DNA of 64,000 nt, taken from Candidatus Aminicenantes bacterium (GTDB lineage: Bacteria > Acidobacteriota > Aminicenantia > Aminicenantales > JAFGAV01). A program made the position numbers and the translations under genes. Each line of letters begins with the position of its first letter. Positions within the stretch are counted from its first letter, which is position 1. The notes beneath the pieces were generated by a model. The model worked only from the letters and a program-made list of their open reading frames with translations. It searched no databases and had not been told where the DNA came from. Shown here in pieces: positions 38,536 to 50,072 of this stretch. The stretch spans positions 1,634,774 through 1,698,773 of the forward strand of contig OY970122.1 of NCBI GenBank assembly GCA_963705895.1. The letters are read 5' to 3'.

Positions 38536-40236
38536 TCAGACAATGGCCGGCTTTTGTTCTTTGAGGAGAGGGTTCATGGCATTGGCCAGAACAACAAGAA
38601 TGACACAGCCGATGACGTTAAACCATAAGTAGGGAATTTTCGTGAAAAAATAGCAGGTCAGCACAGCTAGTTCGGCAATGATCGCGGCGATAAATGTTGC
38701 GTTTCCGCCGATCTTCTTAAAATAAAACGCGATGAGAAATATCCCGAGAATCGTCCCGTAGAATAGGGACCCCATGATGTTCACGGCTTCGATCAATGAG
38801 CCGAGGTGGTTCGCGAATTGGGCGAAACCGATGGCGTACAGCCCCCAAAAAATCGTGGCGGCTTTTGACACATGAACATAGTGCCGGTCCGGCGCGTTTC
38901 GCCGGACAAGGCGCTTGTAAATATCGATGACGGTGACGGAGGCCAGGGCATTGAGCTCGGCGGAGGACGCCGACATCGACGCCGAGAGAATCGCGGCCAG
39001 GATCAATCCGACCAGCCCGACTGGCAGATAGCGGGTCACGAAACTCAGGAAGATATAATTCGTGTCGTTCGTCTCAGCCAGGGGATTGTTCTTCTTGATC
39101 AGGCCGATGGCCTCCTGCCGGATACCGGCTTCCGATGCCTTGGTGAGCCGGAGCTTTTCCATGGTGTCGGCCACGTCCTGGTCATTGCGGTTTTCGATGG
39201 CCCCCAGCATCTGCCTCAGTTGGCCCTGCTTCTCCCCGTTCAGCCGCTGGTAGTCCGTCTCGAGTTTGGTGTACGCTCCCGCATAGGCGCCGTTCTTGAC
39301 GTGGGACGTTTCGATCGGGTTGAAGAACAGCGGCGGCGTCACGAACTGATAAAAGACGAAGATCATGGCGCCGATGAAAAGGATGATGAACTGCATGGGG
39401 ACCTTGAACACGCCGTTGGCCAGGAGTCCCAGCCGGCTTTGGGCGACGGACCGCCCTGAAATGTAGCGCTGGACCTGCGACTGGTCCGTCCCGAAGTAGG
39501 ACAGGGCCAGGAAGCCCCCTCCGATGAGGCCCGACCAAAAATTGTAACGGTCGGTCCAGTTGAACGCGAAATTGACGACATTGAGCTTGCCCAGTTTTCC
39601 GGCTAGATGGACGGCGCTCGAAAAGGAAATGTCGGGCGGCAGCCGGCGGAAGATCATGACAAACGCGGCGCCCATTCCCACGGTCACGATGGCCATCTGC
39701 AGGAGATGCGTTTTGCTGACGGCCTCCGTGCCGCCAGAGGCCGTGTAGAGGATAACTAGGCCGCCGATTATGAAAATCGTCAGGCGGAAATCCCAGCCGA
39801 GGATGACGGAGATGATCAGGGCCGGGGCCAAAATCGTGAACCCGGCGGCCAGCCCTCGTTGGATGAGGAAGAGGAGGCTCCCCAGGGCCCGGTTCTTCAG
39901 GTCGAACCGCTGTTCCAGAAGCTCGTAAGCCGTGTAGACCTTGAGTTTATGGAACAAGGGAACGGCCGTGATCGAGAGGATGACCATGGCGATGGGCAAG
40001 CCGAAGTAGAACTGGACAAACCGCATGCCGTCGACGTAGGCCTGGCCGGGCATGGAGAGGAAGGTGATGCCGCTGGCCTGAGTGGCCATGATTGAGATCG
40101 CGACGCCGTACCAGGGGGTCGATTTATTGGCCAGGAAATAGCCGTGCATGTCCTTTTTGCCCCGGGTCTTCCAAACGCCGTAGACGGCCACGAACAGGAG
40201 GAACGAACTCAGGACGACCCAGTCCAGGGGATGCAT
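38536..40236 (-). CDS. Sodium:solute symporter (SSS family)
   Basis: Thirteen-plus hydrophobic segments with SSS-family N-terminal motifs (GYFLANKSTPWYGVAISIMATQASGITFLSMPGQAY). Confidence 0.85.
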   Translation of the reverse strand: MHPLDWVVLSSFLLFVAVYGVWKTRGKKDMHGYFLANKSTPWYGVAISIMATQASGITFLSMPGQAYVDGMRFVQFYFGLPIAMVILSITAVPLFHKLKVYTAYELLEQRFDLKNRALGSLLFLIQRGLAAGFTILAPALIISVILGWDFRLTIFIIGGLVILYTASGGTEAVSKTHLLQMAIVTVGMGAAFVMIFRRLPPDISFSSAVHLAGKLGKLNVVNFAFNWTDRYNFWSGLIGGGFLALSYFGTDQSQVQRYISGRSVAQSRLGLLANGVFKVPMQFIILFIGAMIFVFYQFVTPPLFFNPIETSHVKNGAYAGAYTKLETDYQRLNGEKQGQLRQMLGAIENRNDQDVADTMEKLRLTKASEAGIRQEAIGLIKKNNPLAETNDTNYIFLSFVTRYLPVGLVGLILAAILSASMSASSAELNALASVTVIDIYKRLVRRNAPDRHYVHVSKAATIFWGLYAIGFAQFANHLGSLIEAVNIMGSLFYGTILGIFLIAFYFKKIGGNATFIAAIIAELAVLTCYFFTKIPYLWFNVIGCVILVVLANAMNPLLKEQKPAIV

Positions 40237-40239
40237 GGG

Positions 40240-41361
40240 CTATGATTTCAGGATTTCTTCATAAAAGGATTCATACAGCGGAATGATCTGGTCGGCGTCG
40301 AAGAATTCCTCGGCGCGTTTCCGGGCCTGCGCCCTAAAAAGGGCGTGCCGGGCCGGGTCGCCGAGCAGGGCCACGGCGCTGGCCGCCATGTCCGCGACGT
40401 CGCCGACGGGAAACAGATACCCCGTCTCCCCGTGCGTGATGACCTCGGGCAGGCCGCCGATCGCGGTGGCGATCACCGGGACGCCGCAGTTCATGGCCTC
40501 GAGGGCAGTCAGTCCGAAGCTCTCCTGCTCGCTCGGCAGGAGAAACAGGTCGGCGCAGAGAAAGAGCGGCTCGAGCTGGTCCTGTTCTCCCATGAACTGG
40601 ACGTCGGCGTTGAGCTTCAGTTCACGGACGAGCTGCTGGATGAACAGCCGCTCCGGCCCGTCGCCGATCAGAATGAGCTTGGCCGGGAGGCGTTCGCGGA
40701 CCTGGGCGAAAATGCGCACGACATCGGCGATCCGTTTCACCGGGCGGAAATTGGAGGCGTGCATCAGGATCTTCTCGCCCCGCGGCGCCAGCGCCTCCCT
40801 CGAGCACAGGTCGTGATTCTGCGTGGGCCGAGCGATTTCGACAAAGTTGGGGATGACCCGGATCTCGCGCCGGATGTCGAATTCCTCGACGGTGCGTTGC
40901 ATGAGGTAGCGGGAGACGGCCGTCACGCCGTCGGACTGCTCGATGGCGAACTTGACGACCCGTTGGAAGGACGGGTCGGCGCCGACCAGGGTGATATCCG
41001 TGCCGTGAAGGGTCGTGATCGTTTTCAGACGCTCGGAATTGAGGATCTGCTTGGCCAGGTAGGCGCTCGCGGCGTGGGGCACAGCGTAATGGGCATGGAT
41101 GATGTCCAGGCCGCGGGTCTCCGCGAGCTCGACGAGTTTGGTGACCAGGCTCAACTCGTACGGCGGGTACTTAAACAGCGGATACGTGGAAACCTCGATC
41201 TCGTGGATGAAAATGTTCTGGTAAAACGTGCGCAGGCGAAACGGGGGGGCATAACTGATGATATGGAGCTCGTGACCCTTTTTCGCGAGACCGATGGCCA
41301 ATTCCGAGGCCACGACCCCACTGCCGCCGTGGGTCGGATAGCAGACGATGCCGATTTTCAT
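40240..41361 (-). CDS. bshA: GT4 glycosyltransferase, N-acetyl-alpha-D-glucosaminyl L-malate synthase (BshA)-like
   Basis: The N-terminus MKIGIVCYPTHGGSGVVASELAIGLAKKGHELHIIS closely matches the BshA start. GT4 EX7E region. GAGG RBS before MKIGI. Confidence 0.7.
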   Translation of the reverse strand: MKIGIVCYPTHGGSGVVASELAIGLAKKGHELHIISYAPPFRLRTFYQNIFIHEIEVSTYPLFKYPPYELSLVTKLVELAETRGLDIIHAHYAVPHAASAYLAKQILNSERLKTITTLHGTDITLVGADPSFQRVVKFAIEQSDGVTAVSRYLMQRTVEEFDIRREIRVIPNFVEIARPTQNHDLCSREALAPRGEKILMHASNFRPVKRIADVVRIFAQVRERLPAKLILIGDGPERLFIQQLVRELKLNADVQFMGEQDQLEPLFLCADLFLLPSEQESFGLTALEAMNCGVPVIATAIGGLPEVITHGETGYLFPVGDVADMAASAVALLGDPARHALFRAQARKRAEEFFDADQIIPLYESFYEEILKS

Positions 41362-41369
41362 GCCGGACC

Positions 41370-42107
41370 TCATGGGATTGTCCACAGGTATTCGGGCCCG
41401 AAAAATCCGACGGGGTCCTCCACCCGGATGGCCTCCCGAACCAGGAAGGGCTCGCCGAACTTCGCGCCGATATGGGCGCCGTAGTGCCTGGCCCGGGTCT
41501 CGACGGTGTCGAGAAATTCGGGCCGGCCGATGAGCGTTTCCTCTCCCCCGGATTCGCCCCGGCCCGGGCGGTGGAATTGGGATTCATAGGCCCTGACCGC
41601 CTTCATTTTTTGTTCGTGCGCGTTGGAGATGTCCACGATAAAGGAGGGCGTGAACTCGAACCGGGTCTGGTAATAAATGACCTTGCGGGGCCGGAAGGGA
41701 GGCTCGCCCGTCTCGAGCTTCTTCAGCCCGGCCAGGTAGGCCGCCTGGCGCACGAGATGGGATGTTTGCTCATGGTCCGGGTGACGGTCGACCCAGTAAG
41801 GCGCAAAAACGATTTTCGGCCTGAGGGCGCGCAGGACACCGATGATCTTGAGCTTGTTCTCCCAGGTCCCCTCGACCCGCCCGTCGGGGATGTCCAGCAT
41901 CTCGTGGGCCGTCAAACCCAGGACCTTCGAGGCGTTCGTGAATTCCCGGGCCCGAATCGCGGCGCTGCCCCGAGTCGCCATCTCCCCCTGGGTCAGCACG
42001 ACGACCCCTGTTTTATAGCCCAACCCCGCCAGTTTGACCAACGTGCCGCCGCAGCCGAGCTCGACGTCGTCGGCGTGAGCCCCAAACGCTAAGGCATCCA
42101 AGTCCAT
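41370..42107 (-). CDS. bshB1: LmbE/PIG-L family deacetylase (BshB1-like)
   Basis: LAFGAHADDVELGCGGTL signature of the LmbE deacetylase family. Positioned between bshC and bshA. Confidence 0.65.
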   Translation of the reverse strand: MDLDALAFGAHADDVELGCGGTLVKLAGLGYKTGVVVLTQGEMATRGSAAIRAREFTNASKVLGLTAHEMLDIPDGRVEGTWENKLKIIGVLRALRPKIVFAPYWVDRHPDHEQTSHLVRQAAYLAGLKKLETGEPPFRPRKVIYYQTRFEFTPSFIVDISNAHEQKMKAVRAYESQFHRPGRGESGGEETLIGRPEFLDTVETRARHYGAHIGAKFGEPFLVREAIRVEDPVGFFGPEYLWTIP

Positions 42108-42134
42108 GGCAGTCTCCTTGTCGTGCAATATCCC

Positions 42135-43751
42135 TCACAGGACCAGATACTGATGATCGACGACATCGATCGCGATGGCCTGGTCGAGCTGATCGATGAA
42201 AGCGGCGCCGTACTTTATCAAATACGGCACGATATTGAAAACCCTTTCCTGGAGGTGCCGGTTCGGGAAGAGGTTGTCGACGGCCTTGTGGAGCTGCTGG
42301 ACCGCGATGTCGTTCCGCTTCGTGGCCGCCTGCCCCACTTTTTTTTCCAGAAAGTTCAACTGCAGGTTCATCTTCCCCTTGGCCAGGTCGACGGATTCTG
42401 CGAGCCCGGGATCGAAGGTCAGGATTTCCGACTTCAGGGCGGCGTAGTCCCTCTCGAGTTGATCGCGGACACGGGATAGGGCCCGGCCTACGGAGTCGGG
42501 GATGTCTTCCTTGGTGATGTTCCCGATCGCCCCGCCCGCGTTGCGCCAGAGGTCCGGGACGCTCAGATGATATTTCTTCAGGATGTGGTCGACCTTCCTT
42601 TCGACGATGGTCAGGCTCTTGCGCGGATAGATCACGGGCATCGGCAGTCCGAACGCTTCGTAGACGCCTTTCAGCTGGGCAAAATACGCGATTTCGGAAG
42701 GACCGCCGACATAGGCGACAGTGGGCAAAACGGCATCCTGATAGAGCGGGCGCAGAAGAACATTTGGACTGAACAGGAAGGGCTTTTCTTTGGCCAGCCT
42801 GAGAAGGTCCTCTTTCGTGGCCAAGGACGGAAGGCCTTTGATGTCGAAGGCACCATCTTTCCATTGGATGGCGTGGCGTTCCCGCTCCACGTAGAACTGG
42901 TTGAGGATTCCCGCGTGGAGGGGAATCTGCGCCTCGTATCCGGTCTGGCGCAGCCGCTCCGACGCGGCCAAGGCCTGCCGGGTCGATGGGGAATCTTCGG
43001 CAATCTCGCGATAGAAGACGTCGCGCCCCATCTCTTTCAGGCGAGGATGGCCGGCGTCGATCAGGATCAACCCGCGAGACCTGAACAGCCGCGTCATCCA
43101 GCGGCCGAACGCTTCGACATAGGAGCGGCCGGGCGCGTAGGCCTCGCTCAGGGAGCCCATGATGTCCGCTTTGAATTCCGTGTCCAGGGTCATGCCTTTG
43201 AGTTGCTCGAGGCAATCGGCGACGTCCGGGGGCAACGCGATATTCGAGACGGGGACCTTCGATTCGCGCGGCGGCGACGGACACTGGATTTCCCGGAGCT
43301 GATTGTCCTTGTCCATGAGGGCGATGTGATCGATCTCGGCCAGGTCGTGATCGTCCGAAGCCAGCCAGAATACCGGCACGAAACTTCCGAAACCGCGACG
43401 GTTGAGCACGTCCGCAAGTTTGGTCGCAGTCAGCGCTTTATAGATTGTGTAGAGCGGGCCGGAAAAAAGCCCGGTCTGCTGCCCGGTGACCACGGCGCAG
43501 GCCTCTTCCCGGACGATTCTTTCGATCGCGCCCAGAGTCTCGGGCCCGCAGCCGTAACTTCTATTTTGTTCGGTCAGGACCTCGGCCAGATCTTCCCGGG
43601 CGATTTGGCGCGACCGGACTCTTTCGGCTTGGCGCTCATAGGCGCCGGGGTCCCGAAAGTCGCCGTTATAGAACTCGCGCACCTTGCCGTGGTCATAGAC
43701 ATAGTCATCAGCCAGAGGCGGCAGAGGCGGATGCCGGATCGTCTCCGTCAT
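42135..43751 (-). CDS. bshC: Bacillithiol biosynthesis cysteine-adding enzyme BshC-like
   Basis: 538-aa protein of the BshC/YllA family, judged from length and N-terminal pattern (AREDLAEVLTEQNRSYGCG). Cotranscribed with the bshB1/bshA-like genes. Confidence 0.65.
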   Translation of the reverse strand: MTETIRHPPLPPLADDYVYDHGKVREFYNGDFRDPGAYERQAERVRSRQIAREDLAEVLTEQNRSYGCGPETLGAIERIVREEACAVVTGQQTGLFSGPLYTIYKALTATKLADVLNRRGFGSFVPVFWLASDDHDLAEIDHIALMDKDNQLREIQCPSPPRESKVPVSNIALPPDVADCLEQLKGMTLDTEFKADIMGSLSEAYAPGRSYVEAFGRWMTRLFRSRGLILIDAGHPRLKEMGRDVFYREIAEDSPSTRQALAASERLRQTGYEAQIPLHAGILNQFYVERERHAIQWKDGAFDIKGLPSLATKEDLLRLAKEKPFLFSPNVLLRPLYQDAVLPTVAYVGGPSEIAYFAQLKGVYEAFGLPMPVIYPRKSLTIVERKVDHILKKYHLSVPDLWRNAGGAIGNITKEDIPDSVGRALSRVRDQLERDYAALKSEILTFDPGLAESVDLAKGKMNLQLNFLEKKVGQAATKRNDIAVQQLHKAVDNLFPNRHLQERVFNIVPYLIKYGAAFIDQLDQAIAIDVVDHQYLVL

Positions 43752-43868
43752 TTGCTAAAAACCTTGGTGAAAATGTAGAAGAGCAGGATCTGGAACGCCA
43801 GATTCAGCAGGACAGCGGCGTACAAGCCGCGCCATGACGAGAACAAGGGAGGCCGCCCCCGCTCGTCC

Positions 43869-46388
43869 TCACCTTTTTCCGTTGGGTGCTTTTCCAGTGG
43901 TTTTCCCCGCCGAGATGATATTGGCAAAAAGCCGAAACGCGCCCGGGACACCGGCCGGCAGCTCCCGGAACCAGGAATAGGCGGTGTAGATGAAAACTCC
44001 CTTCCCATAGCGGGCGTAAAGCAGTCCGCCCTTTCGATCCGGCTCGCCGGGGTCATGGCAGGCCAGGACCGTCTCGTACTTCTCGTCCCATTGGGAAGCG
44101 AAATTCAGGCCCCGCTCCTGGATCCAGCCCTCGAAATCCTGGGGCGTGATCTTGTTGGGAACGTTCAGGAGCGGGTGGCCGGGAGCCAGAAAGGCGACCG
44201 GCGCGTTCTCGACGCTGACCCTGTCCCTTCCGATGGTGAAGGGATAGGGCCCGATGCGGTCGGCCAAAGACGCCGAGGCTGCATTATACTGGACGACGAG
44301 CGTCCCGCCCCGCTCGACGTACTGGAGGAGCCTCTCCTTCACGAGCTTGAGGACATCCCGCGTATCATAAGCCCGGACCCCGGTGATGATCGCGTCGAAG
44401 CCGGAGAGGTCCGCGTTTTCGAGCATCTCGTCACCGAGCTCGACGACGTCGTAGCCGAGGTTTTGGAGGGCTTCGGGGACTTCATCCCCCGCGCCCATGA
44501 TGTAGCCGATCCTTTTCCCGTTTGTTTTGATGTCGAGCTTCACGACCTTGAACCGGCTCTCCGGGAAATAGACCTGGCGGCGAATGTGGGGGTAGGAGAT
44601 TTCGACCAGTTCCCGGCTGAATCTTTCGCCCCCGATGTCGGCTTCTGCGGTCAGGTCGGTTTCGCCGGCGGCTTTCGGCGGAGCCACGTCAAAAGTGACC
44701 TCGACCTTTTCATACTTGCCTGCCAGGGAAAAAGGCCGGCTGGCCGGGCTGACCTTCCAGGCCTCCGGCCCTTTGAGCCGGACCTCGCCGGCGACATTCG
44801 GGGAGTGGCTCTTCAGCTGGAGCTTGATCTTTTTGGAATTTGCGTCCGCGAAGATTTGGACCTTGTCTTCAACCTGGATGGTCAGGCGAGGCCGGACCTC
44901 GAAGGGACGCAGGAGTTCGCCGTTCACCTGGTCCGTCCAGCGGAAGGCCACGGGGATGGAGTATTCCAGGAGACGTCCGCCGGCGTTCAGTCTGATTCTG
45001 GCGCAGATCGCCGGAGGGTTTTCCGCGAGCCCGATGAGGTTCTGGTCCTCGATCGAATAGAAGCCTTCCTGGTGCGCGGTGTCCAGCCAATAGGGCTGGG
45101 ACAGCGGATAATCCTTGGGGATACGAAGGGTCGTTTCGATGACGGCGGGCTCATTGTTATTGAGGGGCCGGTCGAGGACTGCGTCAGGCGCCACTTTCGG
45201 GAAGCCCAGGCTGTGAAGGGTGAACGGCTGGTCGGAGCGGTTGATGATCGTCGTTTTGACCAGAATGTCGTCCCCTGGCGCGGCCGCAAAATCCCCGGCC
45301 ATGGCCTCCATCCAGATCCCGCCGCAGGCCTGGATGACGCGGAGGAGCTCTTGTTTTTTAAGCCGAACCCAGTTTTCATCGGGGAGCTTGGCTAATTCGT
45401 CGTGAACAGCCAGCAGGCCGGGGATGGATTTTGAGGGATTCTCCGGGTCGAACGACCGTAAACTCTCGGCCAAGAGGAGTCCCGTTTTGTGTCTGCCGGG
45501 GACGCGGTCCCAGGTGACGTCGATCCCGTCGAAGAGATCCTCCTTCGCCGGATCGCCGGCCAGAAGGTCGAAGGACTCGTATTGGTTCCCGCGGCGCGCG
45601 GAAGAACCGAATCCCTGGCTCTTGTGCATGGACCGGCCCTCCGCGGCCAGCTCGTTATAGGATTTCCCGAGCAGCGGATTATATTCGCCCGTGTTGAGCC
45701 GCAACATGTTCCCGGTTTCGTCCTTGGCCTGGGGAAAACCGTTCCAGAATAGCCGCCTGGCCTTCCAAGGCGACACAGACTTCAGCTGTTCCGGAAATCT
45801 CGACGAGTCGGCGGCGGCCGTAAAAGCCTCTTGGGCCAATATCGCAGACGCCCCGTGGTGGCCGTGCCCGCCGGCGTTATCAGAGGTGAACCGGGTGATG
45901 ATCACGTCGGGCCGGAATTTCCGGATCACCCAGACGATGTCCGCCAGGACTTTTTCCTTCCCCCAGAACTCGAATGTCTCCTCGGCGGTCTTGGAGTAGC
46001 CGAAATCGACGGCCCGCGTGAAATACTGTTCGGCCCCGTCGATCCGGCGCGCCGAGAGGAGCTCCTGCGTCCGGATGAGGCCGATTTCGGCGCCCTGCTC
46101 CGGGCCGATCAGGTTCTGTCCGCCCTCGCCGCGCGTAAGCGACAAGTAGGCCGCCCGGAATTTTCGTCCCTTCGAGAAATAGGACAGGACGGCCGTGTTT
46201 TCGTCATCCGGATGGGCGCCCACATAGAGGACGCTGCCGAGGACGTTGAGCTTGTGAAGGGCGATATCTAAATCCGCGGAACTCGCAATCCCGGCCGGCT
46301 GGGCGTGGACGTGAATGCTCGGGAACAGGGCCATTCCCACGGCCATCGTTATGAGCTTTTTTAGGATAGTCCCGTTCATCGGCCGCAA
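43869..46388 (-). CDS. Secreted two-domain protein: N-terminal PIG-L/LmbE deacetylase plus C-terminal class I glutamine amidotransferase-like (ThuA/DJ-1-like) domain
   Basis: Signal peptide, then YVGAHPDDENTAVLS (LmbE motif). The C-terminal segment resembles a GATase1-like fold (DAIITGVRAYD...GGTLVVQY). Confidence 0.6.
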   Translation of the reverse strand: MRPMNGTILKKLITMAVGMALFPSIHVHAQPAGIASSADLDIALHKLNVLGSVLYVGAHPDDENTAVLSYFSKGRKFRAAYLSLTRGEGGQNLIGPEQGAEIGLIRTQELLSARRIDGAEQYFTRAVDFGYSKTAEETFEFWGKEKVLADIVWVIRKFRPDVIITRFTSDNAGGHGHHGASAILAQEAFTAAADSSRFPEQLKSVSPWKARRLFWNGFPQAKDETGNMLRLNTGEYNPLLGKSYNELAAEGRSMHKSQGFGSSARRGNQYESFDLLAGDPAKEDLFDGIDVTWDRVPGRHKTGLLLAESLRSFDPENPSKSIPGLLAVHDELAKLPDENWVRLKKQELLRVIQACGGIWMEAMAGDFAAAPGDDILVKTTIINRSDQPFTLHSLGFPKVAPDAVLDRPLNNNEPAVIETTLRIPKDYPLSQPYWLDTAHQEGFYSIEDQNLIGLAENPPAICARIRLNAGGRLLEYSIPVAFRWTDQVNGELLRPFEVRPRLTIQVEDKVQIFADANSKKIKLQLKSHSPNVAGEVRLKGPEAWKVSPASRPFSLAGKYEKVEVTFDVAPPKAAGETDLTAEADIGGERFSRELVEISYPHIRRQVYFPESRFKVVKLDIKTNGKRIGYIMGAGDEVPEALQNLGYDVVELGDEMLENADLSGFDAIITGVRAYDTRDVLKLVKERLLQYVERGGTLVVQYNAASASLADRIGPYPFTIGRDRVSVENAPVAFLAPGHPLLNVPNKITPQDFEGWIQERGLNFASQWDEKYETVLACHDPGEPDRKGGLLYARYGKGVFIYTAYSWFRELPAGVPGAFRLFANIISAGKTTGKAPNGKR

Positions 46389-46434
46389 CGCGTCTGCGCC
46401 TCAGGAACGCCGTCCCGGGAATCCTGCCCGCGGG

Positions 46435-47019
46435 TTATTGCGCCACCTGGATTTTGAAGGGGACTTTCAGCTGTTCCCAGTGGAGGTAGGCGATCGCCGA
46501 TGTCCCGGCCAGGTCATCGAACCCGAACATCAACCACTCCTCGTGGGGGGCCTTCACGGGCATAACCGTGACCCGGAGGGCATCCTCGGCCTCGTTGTAG
46601 GTGAAGCTACCCCAGGCGGCGTTGTTCTTGCTGAAGATGATGACCCAGTCTTTTTCGCCCGGGATCATATGGAGGCCGTACTTTCCGGCCGGCAGGGGCT
46701 TGCCCTCGACGAGGACGTCCTTCTTGAATTCAATGGTCGTGTTCTCGTTGGCGCCAGCCCTCCAAGGATAGGGTTTATTCTTGGAATATTGATTTCCGGG
46801 ATTCATGCCGTACGGTACTAGGCCCCCCCATATTTTCCGTCCCTTAACGCCCGGCCGGCCGTAGTCGATGGTGATATCGCAATCCGTTCCCAATCTTTGC
46901 ATCACACTGGCTCTGAGGCTCGCCGGGACCTTAGCCCCCTGGGCGAGGGACGGGGAAGGGATCGCCAGGACGAACGCCAGGACCAGGACAAGACCGATTG
47001 TCAGGCCAAAACGCTTCAT
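46435..47019 (-). CDS. DUF2911-like secreted protein
   Basis: Signal peptide MKRFGLTIGLVLVLAFVLAIPSPSLA. GGAGG RBS. The family is recalled from memory. Confidence 0.5.
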   Translation of the reverse strand: MKRFGLTIGLVLVLAFVLAIPSPSLAQGAKVPASLRASVMQRLGTDCDITIDYGRPGVKGRKIWGGLVPYGMNPGNQYSKNKPYPWRAGANENTTIEFKKDVLVEGKPLPAGKYGLHMIPGEKDWVIIFSKNNAAWGSFTYNEAEDALRVTVMPVKAPHEEWLMFGFDDLAGTSAIAYLHWEQLKVPFKIQVAQ

Positions 47020-47105
47020 GATTTCCTCCCTTAAATTTTGCGAAGTCTTTTGTCTATTATAACCGAATGGGGGCTCCAAGACAATTCCGTGAGTTTCCAT
47101 GGCGG

Positions 47106-49580
<2,475 letters not shown>

Positions 49581-49685
49581 ATTCCATCCCCTAACCCGGC
49601 TGGTCTAAGCATACTGAAATGAATAAATGAGGTCAAGGTGAGAATTGGACTGTAAGTCCAGAGTGCGGAACATCGTGGACTTCGA

Positions 49686-49958
49686 TTATCGCCTTGACCC
49701 TATTGAGGCTTCGGGCGTCAGTTCAATAACGGCACGTTGGTGAGTGTCAACTTTTTGACGGGACGGGTCCAGAATCTCGCCCAATCTGAGGACAGCGAGC
49801 CTCATGTTCTCGGGTGTCGGGTGAGCATAGCGCATCGTCATTTGGATTGAGGCATGGCCGAGGATCTTCGAGACCGTTACAAGGTCAACCCCGGCTTTCA
49901 ACTCTCCCAGATGTTTCTCATTATACCTGGACCGATTTAAGGGGGGCAAGTCAGACAT
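49686..49958 (-). pseudogene. Tyrosine recombinase C-terminal fragment fused to a repeat-element sequence
   Basis: Contains only the extreme C-terminal integrase motif (ILGHASIQMTMRYAHPTPENM). The 5' ~90 nt of the ORF (49858-49945) is a copy of the tail-repeat 3' end. Confidence 0.6.
49858..49945 (+). repeat. Tail-repeat copy W (3' ~88 nt of the ~370-nt tail element)
   Basis: ccccggctttcaactctcccagatgtttctcattatacctggaccgatttaagggggg aligns with 58975-59045 and 60700-60775. Confidence 0.6.
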
Positions 49959-50072
49959 TCCTATCCCTTAAGCCCTCCCTTTTCCTTTTATTGATATCTC
50001 TCATGTGCCGGTGATATATATTTGCATGATGGGAAGTCAGAATTCCCTTTCCTGAAGAGAGAGGCCGGGTCA

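Noticed and set aside
42013-43284. 423-aa minus-strand ORF overlapping bshC in another frame
   Set aside because: Arg/Pro/Gly-rich nonsense translation. bshC in the alternative frame is coherent.
44055-45395. 446-aa plus-strand ORF antisense to the PIG-L fusion gene
   Set aside because: Shadow ORF. D/G/R/E/L-rich with no motifs.
50022-50072. N-terminal extension of the ArnT-like gene, and similar TTG/GTG-initiated extensions at 35066 and 59140
   Set aside because: The ORF track starts these at non-ATG codons without an RBS. Downstream ATG codons with better context and family-typical N-termini were preferred.
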